NCBI RefSeq assembly: GCF_009914755.1
Contig: NC_060940.1
Direction: 5' to 3' (one strand)
Length of the DNA: 64,000 nt
From: the human T2T-CHM13v2.0 reference genome, Homo sapiens
Below, piece by piece: positions 39,219-51,121 of the stretch. How positions within the stretch are numbered: position 1 is the first letter of the stretch; each line of letters opens with the position of its first letter. Under the pieces are notes generated by a model. It made no database searches. It worked only from the letters and a program-made list of their open reading frames with translations, and was not told the DNA's origin. A program made the position numbers and the translations under genes.

Positions 39219-42200
39219 AACAACAAACAATATACAGCACTTAGTAGGTGCTCAGTAAATATTCATTGAAGGTTAATATATGGCTTCAGTTTTATAATTT
39301 AGAGTTCATGCAGATAGGTCTTATTCCATTCAATGTGTATTTTTGCCTAGGTAAGTTGTGACCTTTACATTGTTAATTTATAATAAAATAGTTTTTGACC
39401 GTAACTTGACCAAAATTATTCAATATGTATGATAAATTTGTAAGCATTCAATTTGTATGAGAAATTGCTTGTCCCCCCATGGCTAAATAGTCATCATCCT
39501 GTGAACTTTAGCTCCCCAGCCTCTATTGACAATGGCAATGAATGCGTTCATAACAATAATAAAGGCTTGTTTTAATAGAATGTTCCATGCATTAAACACA
39601 TTAATGACCCATGAAATAACGGCTTTATCTGTAACACATTAAGCAACGTTGCTAAAAACAACATATTAATTGAAAGTCTGCTATTTCTCTTAACGTAAGA
39701 TTTTTTTAAGTATAAAAATGGCATGAAAGTCATTTTCTTAAAAATAAATATAATAATTCAACTTCAAAATTAGAGCCATGCCAAGTATAATAATAAAAAA
39801 AACTTCTAAAATAAGCCTGGTAATTTTAGATGTAATATTTTGATAAATTGCCATTTTTCTATCAAAAATGATATCTGTCTGGATTATGACTTAAGAGTCT
39901 TATGAATATTTTAAAAGCTCATAATTTTCTTCTCTGCATAAATGTCTCCTATAGGACCTTTTCTTCTCTTTTTCTCTTCCCTTTAACAGGTACGAATACT
40001 ACCATACTCAAATACTTTCCTTACTTCCATCTTTTTCAATTTTCTAATACTCCGTTTGATATTGCTAGAGCACCACTATAGCATTTTCTATAAATATGTG
40101 TGATCACAATTAAATCCAAGGTAATATCAAACAGAAAATGTCAGTCCTCTAAACATGGAAATATAATATATGAAGAAAAGTATGTGAATTATCAGTGTGT
40201 TTTATAAATTCTCTTTTGGGGGGCATACAAAATATCAGACCAGAGACAATTATTTTACTGTCTGTTTCTTAGATATCAAAGAGAATTTTGAAATTCATCA
40301 AAGCTAACCTTCTGTTATGTACAACAGGCTAAGCTGAAAAGAATGTTAACAAGTTCAATTTTCATTCAATCAGCACTACTGCTCTCTGAAATGTTTCATT
40401 GCAGGAAAGAAATAAAAATAATCTATATGGTAATTATGAGGATGAATCCCCCAGTAACTTTCAGCTACATGAAAGGTCAGTTCTATTCAAGATATTTTAT
40501 CAGTCCCCTGCACATACTCCTGTCCTGTCATTTTAAATCTGAACAGCATTTTATTTTCCCATTTACAGCTACCTGCAGAATTAAGTACTTAAGCCAAATA
40601 AGAAAAAAAAAAGAAATGTTGAATGCTGGCAAAGGCTATAATAGCATAGAGATAAATCGTTCATCTGCTCTCTCTCAAGCCTCTAGGGCTGCAGATTTTT
40701 CTTCTCCTGGTGCACTGTGGGTATTCAAAACTTGTTCAACATGATTTCATTTCATTTCAGGCACTGCCTGAGAAAACTAAATTACAGAATCAATCATACA
40801 GAAGGTCAGAGTGAGACTTCATTACAAGTATTGCATGCTTGCATGAATATCTTTCATTTATGACTGACCCAATATGTCACAATAGCTGTCTAGTAAAAAT
40901 AATCCACTTTCTGAAATTGATGTACTACTGATGTCAGTGCTACTCAGCAGGCTGGGCAGATTATAGAGAGGTGTTAAAAAAAAACACACACAACCCTTTG
41001 GAACTCACATTGTAGATTTTTAGAATTGCAATCTTTTGTGGATTAAAACAATTTCCTCTGATCATCTGAACTGACAATAACACTTAGAGGTAACAAATTT
41101 TTAACCAAAATATACTGTTGATTTTGACTTGCCAACCACATCCTGTTTTAAAATACACGTATTCACGACAAGCAAATCAAGGTTGTTCTTTGAAGTCACA
41201 AATGCATCGACATTCAATTTTTCAGCAATTCGCTTTTGAATACTGGGGCATTATTTGCATATTTTGAAATGTGAATGCTAATCACTGGACTCTTTTTAAT
41301 CCCCCTTTTTTGTTCCTGCCTTCTGTTTTTAAATATAATGGCATAAATTTAACGAAGATAAACATGTTGTGCTTGTTGCCAACAATAATGCAGCTAATCA
41401 GTAATGTGACAAACTGTCACTCTTTCTAAAGGAAAACCGATGAAGCTCTGAAGAAAAGCTGGTTCAATACAACATCAACAAGCTGGCTTTTCTTCTTATA
41501 TGATAGTCTTAATTCACCATAGCAATCCTTAACAGACAGCCATATTCATTTGGATAATAAAACTTCTTACTTGCATAAGGTATGAAATATCCAACACACA
41601 CTGGGAAGCTGAATGCATGACGTATAAAGTATTATTTATTATTTTTCTGGTGACTTTCCTAAGGGAAATCTCTGAGGAGGCTTCTGTGGAGTGTTATGAT
41701 GTAGCCAGCCAACTCAGTACCCGCAGAGAGATATAGAAGAACCCTGACATAACCAATTTTTAACCATGCCTCTGGCGATTCTGAATTCAAGTTTATAGGT
41801 GAACATGTCAGGTAGTACATAGAACAAAGCCAACAACACATTGTATTCATCATAATTCTGTCCTAGTACATTTTATTTTTTTCCAACATTTGTGATTTAA
41901 AATCCCATGACATTTCTTCAAGGTGAAATTCTACTAGAATTTTCAACAAGATTAGTTTGTTTCAAGCCAAAATAAATATCACTCAGGTTCAGCAAAACTT
42001 CAAAAAGGCACCAATAAATGTGATGAGGTCCATGTAAATACCATGACAACAGCCTGCACTTAGCTAAAGTACCTATACTTTTAAAAATCAATGAAATAAT
42101 TCAACTGCTTTAGTGATTAGCCATACATTACAAAAGAAGCATTAAAAATTGAGTCCTCTTTCCCAACGCCAGTCCGTGAAAGCATTGTTCTTTAAGTGTA

Positions 42201-43816
42201 TGTGAATATCATAATTATTTTATGATTCCATCTTTAGTTCTTTCCAATATAGTAAATTCAATTGACCATGAAATGAAATTTCATAGTCAAAATGCCTCCT
42301 TTACACTTTTTTATGGCAGCAATAACAGTTTTATAGCTTTAAGGCAAGGTAATTCATCAGATGTTTAATTTAAAGGCAGATTCTTATATTATTAATAAAT
42401 ATTTACCAATTTAAGAAAGTACACATTTTAACACACATTTAACTATTTCTGCAACTTAAATGAGCCTCTCTGAGCATCTATGAATGATGGTGAACCCTGG
42501 CAAACTCCCTTGGTGACTAAACACACCCATTTTATTTTTATTCTTTTCTAAGCAAAACATTGCAAGCCTGGCTGTAGAGAAACAGAGAATAGAACCCTCC
42601 ATTCCAGTGTCAAAGGTACAAAAATATAAGAAAGTCCCCAGGAAACAATTATTTGTGATGTCTAGTAACGTTTATGAATACTTAATGACTATTTCCCGAC
42701 TGTTCACTGAATTCTTTTCTGACCAAAAAAAAAAAAGTAAAAAATAAAAACCCTGATGTTCAGCTCAAACACAAAAGATCACAAGCAAAGAAAATTATGT
42801 TGCTGCAATCCTATTTGGGAAAGCAATCTTATATTTCAGAGAGCACTTTGAATCTTTGCACCACTAATCCACTACATATTTTGCAATCATATGTTGTTAT
42901 CTGGGGAATTAACAATGAAGCCAATAAACATCACTGGCATGGTCCTAATGTGCAGAGAAATATGTAAACAAGCAAGAGGATTTGTTTTTTGTTATACCAA
43001 CACATCTGTTTCATTTTATCAGGGTTTTTTAAAAAAAAGCTCTATAAACTATTAATCTTGTTTTAAAAATGTCTACTTAGTACCTCACCTAGCTAGACAC
43101 AAATGCATTATATGCTATGATGGAAAAAAAAGAAAAATCCCAGCAGAAGAGTTTAAAATACTTAAGCAGATTTACTCTAGTGATTGCTGACTATAATTGC
43201 ACACTAAGAAAAATAGAACCAAAATTATTGCATTAGTTATCTTGGCTCTCTGGAGTGCCTTAATCGATGTTTATGACAATAAATAACGCAATTAGGTGTA
43301 TTTCACATAATCACTTGTTCTATATTTTTCTCTGCTGGTTATAAGCAATTATACTTTTTCCCTTTTTTGGTATCTCAGTTTGGTATTTCATTTGCAATAA
43401 GAATAAATCGTGTATCGTAAGCATTATAATACTAAAAACTCAAAAGACTTAGGCACCTGATAAGGACTTCCATTTCTAAAATCTTGCCTGGGCAAACTTT
43501 CAACTCAAGCACACCTTTGTGTTAAGCCAACAGCAAGGGAAGATTGGCTACTTCCAAATTAATGAATTAGACTTTAAAAAAAAATCATTTTAAATCAGCA
43601 GACTCTTTTTGGATCATCCTCTTTTTGGTTACTGTCAACCAACCCAATACCCCTTTGTTCAATACCAGGCAGCGATCCAGTACCTGCATGTAAATAGCAC
43701 TAGAATCAATCCACTAGGAACAGGCAAGAGCACGTTTCAGAACATGGACTCTCAGATCTTTACTATGATTTGTGCAAATGATAAAAAATAATTTAAGTAA
43801 TAAATGTGGTGCCTAC

Positions 43817-44071
43817 CATATGCAACCCACTGCTATGAAGCACGCCATCTTGTTCCACGAGATTTCTTGAGATTGTAATGGAAGGGAGGTCCAGGCTTTG
43901 AGGGGGAAACTGGGGTGTGAATTCACTTCCCTGGGAAGGCAATGGATCGCTGAGGGCTTGAAAGGGTAGCAGTACATCCGGCATGCCTAGGGCAGGGTCT
44001 GACTCTGGAGGAGGCGTGATTGGTGGAATTTCGAATTCCTCGTCCCCAAGGCTTGGTGTGTGGAATGTCTG
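43817..44071 (-). CDS. TOX3: TOX3 coding exon 3 (255 nt, [25 protein letters not shown]...SSGLHM)
   Basis: Acceptor tccttttag|CAG (NAGNAG) and donor CATATG|gtaggc. Contains the TOX-family motif [20 protein letters not shown]. Overlaps ORF 43793..43984. Confidence 0.97.
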
Positions 44072-44870
44072 CTAAAAGGAAACAAAATACAGGTATCTTC
44101 ATATTCTGTTCCTATATCTTATTCCTCCGGGGAGGGAAAGAGAAAGACATTGCATGAAAACACTACATACATATCTAGGCCAAATATTTATTTCTCAAAT
44201 GAAAATATCTTAAACACAGATTTCCATATATAAAGTTTTGCTGATCATTCTGATTAAAGATTTAAGTCTCATTATCATATGGTTTTAATGGAGTATCAGT
44301 ATTAACAGTTTTTTAATGCCTACTTAATTAGCAACATCTGTCTTTGTTGTTAGTTGGAGCATATAACAAATTGCTACTTTATTGATATGTTAGTGAAACA
44401 GCTCAAACCGCTGACACTATCCACATGCTTTATAAAATGCTGATGATTTTGTGGCATGCACACACACACACACATATTAATCCAGAAGTGAACATTACAT
44501 ATATTTACTTTCTGCCACAACATATAAAACAAGTAATATTAAATTTGTGGTTTGCTTTTTTAATTTCCTCATTGGTATATTCCCAAGTGCAATGACTACT
44601 TCTATGGAAATTGTTACTGTGTGTAATACAATGTTTTATATAAGGATTATCATAGTTCATATTAAAAGATGCCAGCGCTTTTATTTAAACTACAAAGAGG
44701 GTTATTTTCTTTTACATGAACATTTTAATATGTATTTATCTGAACATTTTCTACCAGTCTTCGACTTTTTAAAGATGATCTAGAGAGCATAGAGCTATAT
44801 TGATATAGAAATACTAACTAGATTTGATGCTGTTCGCTTACTTAGAGAAGTATTATATCTCAAGACCTAA

Positions 44871-45198
<328 letters not shown>

Positions 45199-48100
45199 AA
45201 TACTGAGATTCTTAAAGGCAGTGTTTTAAAATAGGGCCTCGTGATATAAATCAGTGTTGCTCCACCCAACCACACTAACCATTTTTGGGGGGATTTTTTT
45301 GGCGAGAGGTTCTGGGGGAGTGGCAAGGTCTAGGTTTTTTTTTGTTTCTTTTTGGTTTTTTTTTTTTTTTTTTTGGTCAGGTGGAGGGTTTGGGGGGCTA
45401 CTCATATTTTTTATTCCTAGCTCAGAGAGTCAAACTTATAGTTCATTTACTATTAATAGTATTTGAAAGAATGAACTGGTGCAAGATAATTTGAGTCTGC
45501 TATTATCAGTTAAGAGGACTAATTAAGTGCTGAAAATCATCATTCTTCAAGCTATCAATCATGATATAATGTAATGACCACTTGAGGGAAAAGAAAAACT
45601 CAAGAAAAAAAAGCAACAAAAAACATTTCTTACATATAGAACCTGTCAAATGTTATTTGTATCTCACCAGAAAAAAAGAGGTCACGAGCTATGGCAGTCT
45701 ATGGTGGGACAACTGAACATCTTGAGGTTCTTAGCAGGCTCAATATATTCAAAACATCGTAGCAGAATAATACATTTGAATGCTAGACTAAAATATTGGA
45801 TTTTCTGACACATGCATTCTAATAATGACCCCAAAAGCTGTCAGTTTCTAACTGTGGAACCCCTAGTTCCCAAACACAAAGGGATGAATTGGCCACAAAC
45901 GTGGTTGGCTAATGAGCATAACCCTATGGTTGCATTTGCCGTTATTTTGGCACTAATATGGTCTAGTAACAGATGCAACTGTAATTTGTGACTCATTTGC
46001 TACCCCATTACTGCTTAATGAAATCTAACATATCACATTAACAATACGGATAAACACTCATTCTTGATATGTGGCATTTGGCTGTTTTCATTACCACTGT
46101 AATTAACACTTGAAATATTATTTCAATAAATATTTAAAGTACTTTAAAAATGGTCAGGGTAATCATGACACAGATAGAAAACATAAAGCAAATGTGTGAA
46201 TTTCAAACTCAGAGTATCCTAGTTCCTGTAGTGTTATCTACAGGACAATATCCATGTGAAGGGAATTGGTTTCAGGCACAATTTAGACTTTACAGCATGC
46301 AAACCTAAAGACTTCCTGAATTAGTTTACACTCATTAAAATGTTAAAAAACCAAGTAAATTTACTTTTAATGCAGTGACTGGGAAATTAGGCACGTGCTA
46401 TAATGTAGCATTAACATTTACTTGGGCTTTATTTTTTGTTCAAGAAAAGATGTACAGAGAAATCATTACATAAGATTACTTCCAAAACTAACATAAAACA
46501 TGTCTATGCTAAGCAGTCATAATTAGGAAGGTTTTTATTTTTGTTCAGGAACAGAGAGAGATGTCATATGCAATATGTCCCTATGGTATAATTTTTTTAA
46601 CGACAAATTAATTTCAATTAAGCATATTACAATATCCTAACCTAATATAATAATCCACTGAAATAACCAAGAAAATGTTAAAATGTTAAACTACCTTTAA
46701 AGGCAGGTAATATATTAAAATTAAGCTTTCCTTAGAGAAAAAAAGGAATCCAAAATGCTGGATATCTGAGATTATAAAAAAATAACCACATATGGCATCA
46801 ACAACAACAAAAACAACAAAAAGACACACTGACTTTGGTAACTGTGCCATCTGACCAATATCAGATTAATCATTTAGAGTTTACGTGATTATTTTTTTAC
46901 AGATATTGACTTTTCAATGTTTACCTTGAACATGTTAAAGTAGTATGTACATGGTTAAATACCATCTGTACTGAAATGTTCAAAACATTTGTTCCTTTTG
47001 ATAAAAATGCAAATCTGGAGAACTGTTGTATCAACATATAACAGCCAATGTCTGACACGGTGAATTATCACAGCTGGAATTAAATTGTCTCTGAACAGCT
47101 GCTGGCAGTAGAGCTTTCATCAATGTTTGATTCAAATGTAGGGAAAAAAAAATCCTACAGAATGAAACATCATGTCGTCCTTACAGATGGGGTTTGTGTT
47201 CATTACCACAAACAACACAGCAGCCAGTGCCAAACAATATTCCCTTATCTAAACTGTCTTCTTGGTTAGAGAGATGATGGTCACTATAAAAATGATTAAT
47301 CTAGGAATAGCTTTAATTCTTGATCCCCCGTTTATTCTAATAATTTCTCAAAGTTAATTTCTTTCATAACACTTGCCTCCCTTTACCAAGATCATTTATG
47401 AAGCCATTATTATTTTCATTCTCTGGGGTCAAGCTAGTTCAGTTTCCTGTATTTGAATGTATCTGGAAAATGAGGACTTTATATTACATGAACCACAAGA
47501 GGAAATGTTCCATTTGGGCCAATTTCACTTCTGTTTGTTCTTGTTCTAAAATCTTAAATCTCACACAGTCTACCATTTTTAGGAAACCATGTTTTATCTA
47601 ATCAAGATTGAGGTTTTTCTGGAGGGCAGGCCAATGAGACCAAACAGCAGCCCAAAATCAATAATAGGAAATGCAGTAAAAAGAGCAGCAAGAAGATGAT
47701 GCTTGTTTCATCTGCACCCGTAAACTGAAGACAGACCCAGAGACAATGAGGTGCTGCATTTTGATTCCATCACCCAGTTTCCCCAGCTGTGACCAAGTCT
47801 TGGAGCATGCCAGCCACTCATTCATTCATTCTATAAATATTTATTGAGCACCTACTACTGCCAGGCACTGTACTGGGCTGTGGGGATCTAGCAACAAATT
47901 ACAACACTCATTTCACATCACCCCAAGCCCCAGGAAACTATAATACTCTTCTGTCACATAGTTTCCCAAACCATGACAACTTAATGACACTTAATTATCC
48001 CTAGATATATGTGAAGTTAAACTATTTTCCATTAAAAGTCACTTCTAGCCTGGTATCTAAAAAAATAACCACTTATCTGCTTAGATACCAACACTGTATA

Positions 48101-48393
48101 TGTGTGTGTGTGTGTTTTAACATACATTCTTATATATTTACTTTTTGTTTGCATTATTTTTTAATCAAAAGATTCGTATGAAGTTACTAACATTAGTAAC
48201 AGTCTACAGACAAGTGATAAAAGACTTATCAGGTTTTCTTTTCCAATAAGCTTTTCTCTTTTCTCCTCCAAAGTAGTTACCTTGTGCCACATAAGAGAGA
48301 GATAAATTTGATACTTTGTTTTTCCCTTCAAGCCTATTAAATTATCTCAATAACACAAAAAACAGGAACAAACACATTAAGACAGTCACCTAC

Positions 48394-48459
48394 CTCACTG
48401 GCAGCGAAGAACGCATTGTTCGCCTCAGCCATATTCATATAGTTATTATTATTTCCAAA
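48394..48459 (-). CDS. TOX3: TOX3 coding exon 2 (66 nt, FGNNNNYMNMAEANNAFFAASE)
   Basis: Minus strand reads ttttctttcag|TTTGGAAAT...AGTGAG|gtaggt. Translation matches the TOX3 N-terminus as I recall it and joins in frame to the next exon. Too short for the ORF track. Confidence 0.95.
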
Positions 48460-50934
48460 CTGAAAGAAAACAGATTGTTTTACGTTAATATGCGGCATAA
48501 TAAAGCATTCTGGCTGTGATTTGGAAAGAATGCTGGTGTTGCTAAATAAAAGAGAGTTTTATCAGCCCAAATGCAAAACATGACAAAGGTTTCAAGGCTA
48601 TACTGTCAGCTGGTTCCCTCAGAAAATAAAGCACAGAGTTAAGCTAACTCAATAATTCTATAAAATAGTTTTGTTTCTCATCAAGACTAACTGTGAAGGG
48701 AAAGGATTACAAACATTAAGCCAACTGGTCACCAGTGTGTGTTGCTTATTGACCTGGCATTTGTGAGAGGTGAGAGGGAAAAGAGTTTCCAAGAAAATCA
48801 CCTTGACACATTTTAAAAGCATGTAAGGATTTTATAGCTTAGTTTTCAAGAACAGATGTCACAAGTGTGGGTAGGTTAAAATATGAATTAAAGGGAATAA
48901 AATTCAATTCCCAGGACTCAAATTCTATTTTCTAGTGAATGGGGTGTGGCATGAATATAAATTGTAAGACTAAAGAATATTTTTAAAATCTCCAAACAGA
49001 GCTTAAAGCGATATCTATATCCATCAGAGTTGCTGAAAACAGTGATATTTAATCTCTCAATGTAACATTAAGTGCAAAGAGGTTTAAAAATAAGCGGGAT
49101 CTCATGAACACATCAATTTTTATTTCATTCGCTAACACAATGGGCCATTCATATCATCACAAATAAGACCGTATCAGCATTTCAGACTTAAGCTCTTTAC
49201 CTCTAGGGACCTGTTATCAAAACGTAAAACTTGGATTTTGGCAGAAATGTATTTTCAGGTTCAAATGGTCTAAATCGGCACATTTTGTTGCTTTAAACAT
49301 TCCATTATCAGTCTGGTAATATGGAAAGGCTCTGTGAGTATAATAATCTAGAGCTATATTATTTTCATGATTTTTAACTGGTAAAAGAATGTCCTTTTTA
49401 TAAAGTGTATTATTTCCTTCCTTGAATGCATCAAATAAAACATAGGTTTGATCTCCAAAGGGTGAAATGTGTATATCTATTCTCTAATATAAATAAAGCT
49501 AGTAATTATTTAAAGATAGAATTTTCCCAAGGAGAGTGAGAGATGGATGGATGGAGATAAATGGGTAGGTACATAGATAAATACACAGATAAATATTGAG
49601 AATAAATAGAATATGGAGAGAGATACATAGATATGGAAGACTCATATAATCCTCTTCCTCAATAAACTAACACTTATTTCTGGGGGGCTCTCAATCTCTG
49701 ACTCTGAAGGACTTACACCCAGAAGCAGGATTGACATGCTACACTTTATCATGTCAGGGATCCAAGAACTAAGCAGGATTTATACAAAAGACTCTAATGG
49801 TTCCAGAGTATCCCACAACAGCCAACACACCGAAATGCACATACAATGAGTCATCCGACAAGCTCTCACTGAGCACTCAGCTTCATTTAGGTAAATATCT
49901 TTATAAGGATTTCTGAAAGATGAATTGGCGCTTAAGAAAGACCTTTATCTGGTTTCTCTGAAGGCATGTGATATCAGAAACATGTGCATGGCTGCACATG
50001 GGCACACACACACTCACACACATATTTTCCCTTGTTTTTCTACAATGTTAAATACATGCAAGAAAAAGTATTTTAAGTATTTTATTTTCTATCATGAAAT
50101 TTTTGATGAATGAATGATGCTAGAGTTAAAATCTCAGGTCTCCATGCAAATGTTCCTTTTGGATATTTATGAGAACCTGGGCTCGAGATGAGTATTCCGT
50201 GCACCAGTCCTGGCCCCCCAAACCGCCTAACAACATATATCACAACCTCAACGTTATTTAAATGTAGGTTTTGTTGGGGAATTAGAAATCCATTTAAAGC
50301 AAACAGCTCATTATCACAGAGTATTTTTTTTAAGATTAAACTTACTTATTATCTAATAGCACCTAAAACAACAAAGAAAAATAAAATGGCTATTAAACTA
50401 AAGGCCTAAACAATTCAAAAAACAAATTAAGCTTAGAGTGAAATAAGAACTGGGTTAGAAATCCTCTTCTGAACAGTTAGTATGCGAATGTAATTACTGA
50501 AGAAACTACAGCTAATCAGCTGTGAATTGTATCCATTAATTAGTATTTGCCCTGGAGAAATGAGAAAAATCAGTAACAACACTGGCACCGCAGTGCACAC
50601 TGATGAGCAGAGCAGGCCACGCAGCGTTTAGTCAAGCAGGTGGCTCCAGTGGTCCAGGTAATTTGAAACGCTCTTACCTGAAGTACTGAGCTAGCATTAC
50701 AAAGCACTCCTTGCATATCTTTTGTATCTATAGAAGGCCTTAATTAATGGCTTTTAATTTGGAAACACTTGCTGATCAGGCGGGAACAGTTATAAATCAC
50801 TTCAAATAGAACTAAAGGTTTCTATTCTGTATTGGGTAAAACAGCCCCTCTACAAAGGGGGCTTTAAATATTGACTTGTTGCAGGCAATTGTCTTTCTCC
50901 TGCATAGGTACCTGGGACCCTAGTTCAGTGTGGC

Positions 50935-51121
50935 AAGGTAGTTAGATAATATACAGGACACCCAGTTAAATTTATTGAATAAACAGCAAATTTGCTTTAG
51001 TATAAGTATATCCCATGCACTATTTGGGGTATACTTATAATAAAAGAACTATTCTTTATTTATCTGAGATTCAAATTTAACTGGGTGCTGTGTATTTTTA
51101 TTTGGTAAATCTGGCTACCCT
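50935..51121 (+). mobile_element. MER53 palindromic DNA-transposon MITE
   Basis: atacaggacacccagttaaattt...tagtataagtat...atacttata...aaatttaactgggtg...aaatctggctaccct matches the MER53 consensus as recalled. Confidence 0.85.

Noticed and set aside
50678-50727. Possible 50-nt cryptic exon ending CAG|GTAAGA
   Set aside because: Good donor but weak acceptor (ccttctatag); insufficient support.
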